In this document: one piece after another, positions 63,857 to 64,000 of the stretch
Layout: every line of letters begins with the position of its first letter
Numbering within the stretch: the stretch's first letter is position 1
Assembly (NCBI GenBank): GCA_963745075.1
Contig: CAVUWV010000032.1
Location: forward strand, 103,485-167,484
Source: Candidatus Hydrogenedentota bacterium
Lineage (GTDB): Bacteria; Hydrogenedentota; Hydrogenedentia; Hydrogenedentales; SLHB01
Direction of reading: 5' to 3'
DNA: 64,000 nucleotides
Notes under the pieces: generated by a model
What the model was told of the DNA's origin: nothing
Database searches by the model: none
What the model saw: only the letters and a program-made list of their open reading frames with translations
Program-made: the position numbers and the translations under genes

Positions 63857-64000
63857 GAGGCACGCTCCGCGGCCGCTTCTTTGCGGTCTTCCGCTTCGAT
63901 GAGGGAGACGAATACGTCCTCCATGTCGGCGTGATCTGTTCGATTTCCTGCAGGTGCAGGCCGCGCCGTTGGCATTCCGCCGCGATGGACTGTTTCGCTG
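63853..64000 (-). CDS. C-terminal end of an ABC ATPase (YbhF-like), truncated by the window edge
   Basis: ...MEDVFVSLIEAEDRKEAAAERAS*; the stop overlaps the permease ATG. Confidence 0.7.
   Translation of the reverse strand, partial: SETVHRGGMPTARPAPAGNRTDHADMEDVFVSLIEAEDRKEAAAERAS

Noticed and set aside
1..64000. CRISPR array, prophage or integron
   Set aside because: No regularly spaced repeat-spacer array, and no cas, phage or integrase genes recognised.

Overview
GC-rich, gene-dense bacterial window. Sulfatases, Tat-exported glycan enzymes and many palindromic intergenic repeats suggest a PVC-like or Hydrogenedentota-like heterotroph; this taxonomy is inference only. Core content: glyA, aspS, hflKC, an oppABCDF-type peptide ABC operon, thiH-thiS-thiE, a MarR-DoxX-pirin unit, cysE, a Ca2+/Na+ antiporter, a PAS hybrid kinase, lgt, a transglutaminase, a YdbH-like/YnbE-YdbL pair, CIRCE-controlled groEL, a delta-9 desaturase, an ECF sigma/anti-sigma/DUF4097 trio, an MFS transporter and ABC-2 permeases. 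Accessory content: an XhoI/PaeR7I-like restriction-modification pair, a complete IS1202-like (ISNCY) element with a 16-bp target duplication, and a four-helix-bundle gene enclosed by a perfect 36-bp inverted repeat built from hexamers. About a dozen genes, including aspS, carry single-base frameshifts, most likely sequencing or assembly indels. No rRNA, tRNA or CRISPR array was recognised. The best candidate for an undescribed system is the inverted-repeat-enclosed four-helix-bundle cassette together with the gene-less 6-, 7- and 9-bp-period repeat arrays in other intergenic regions.
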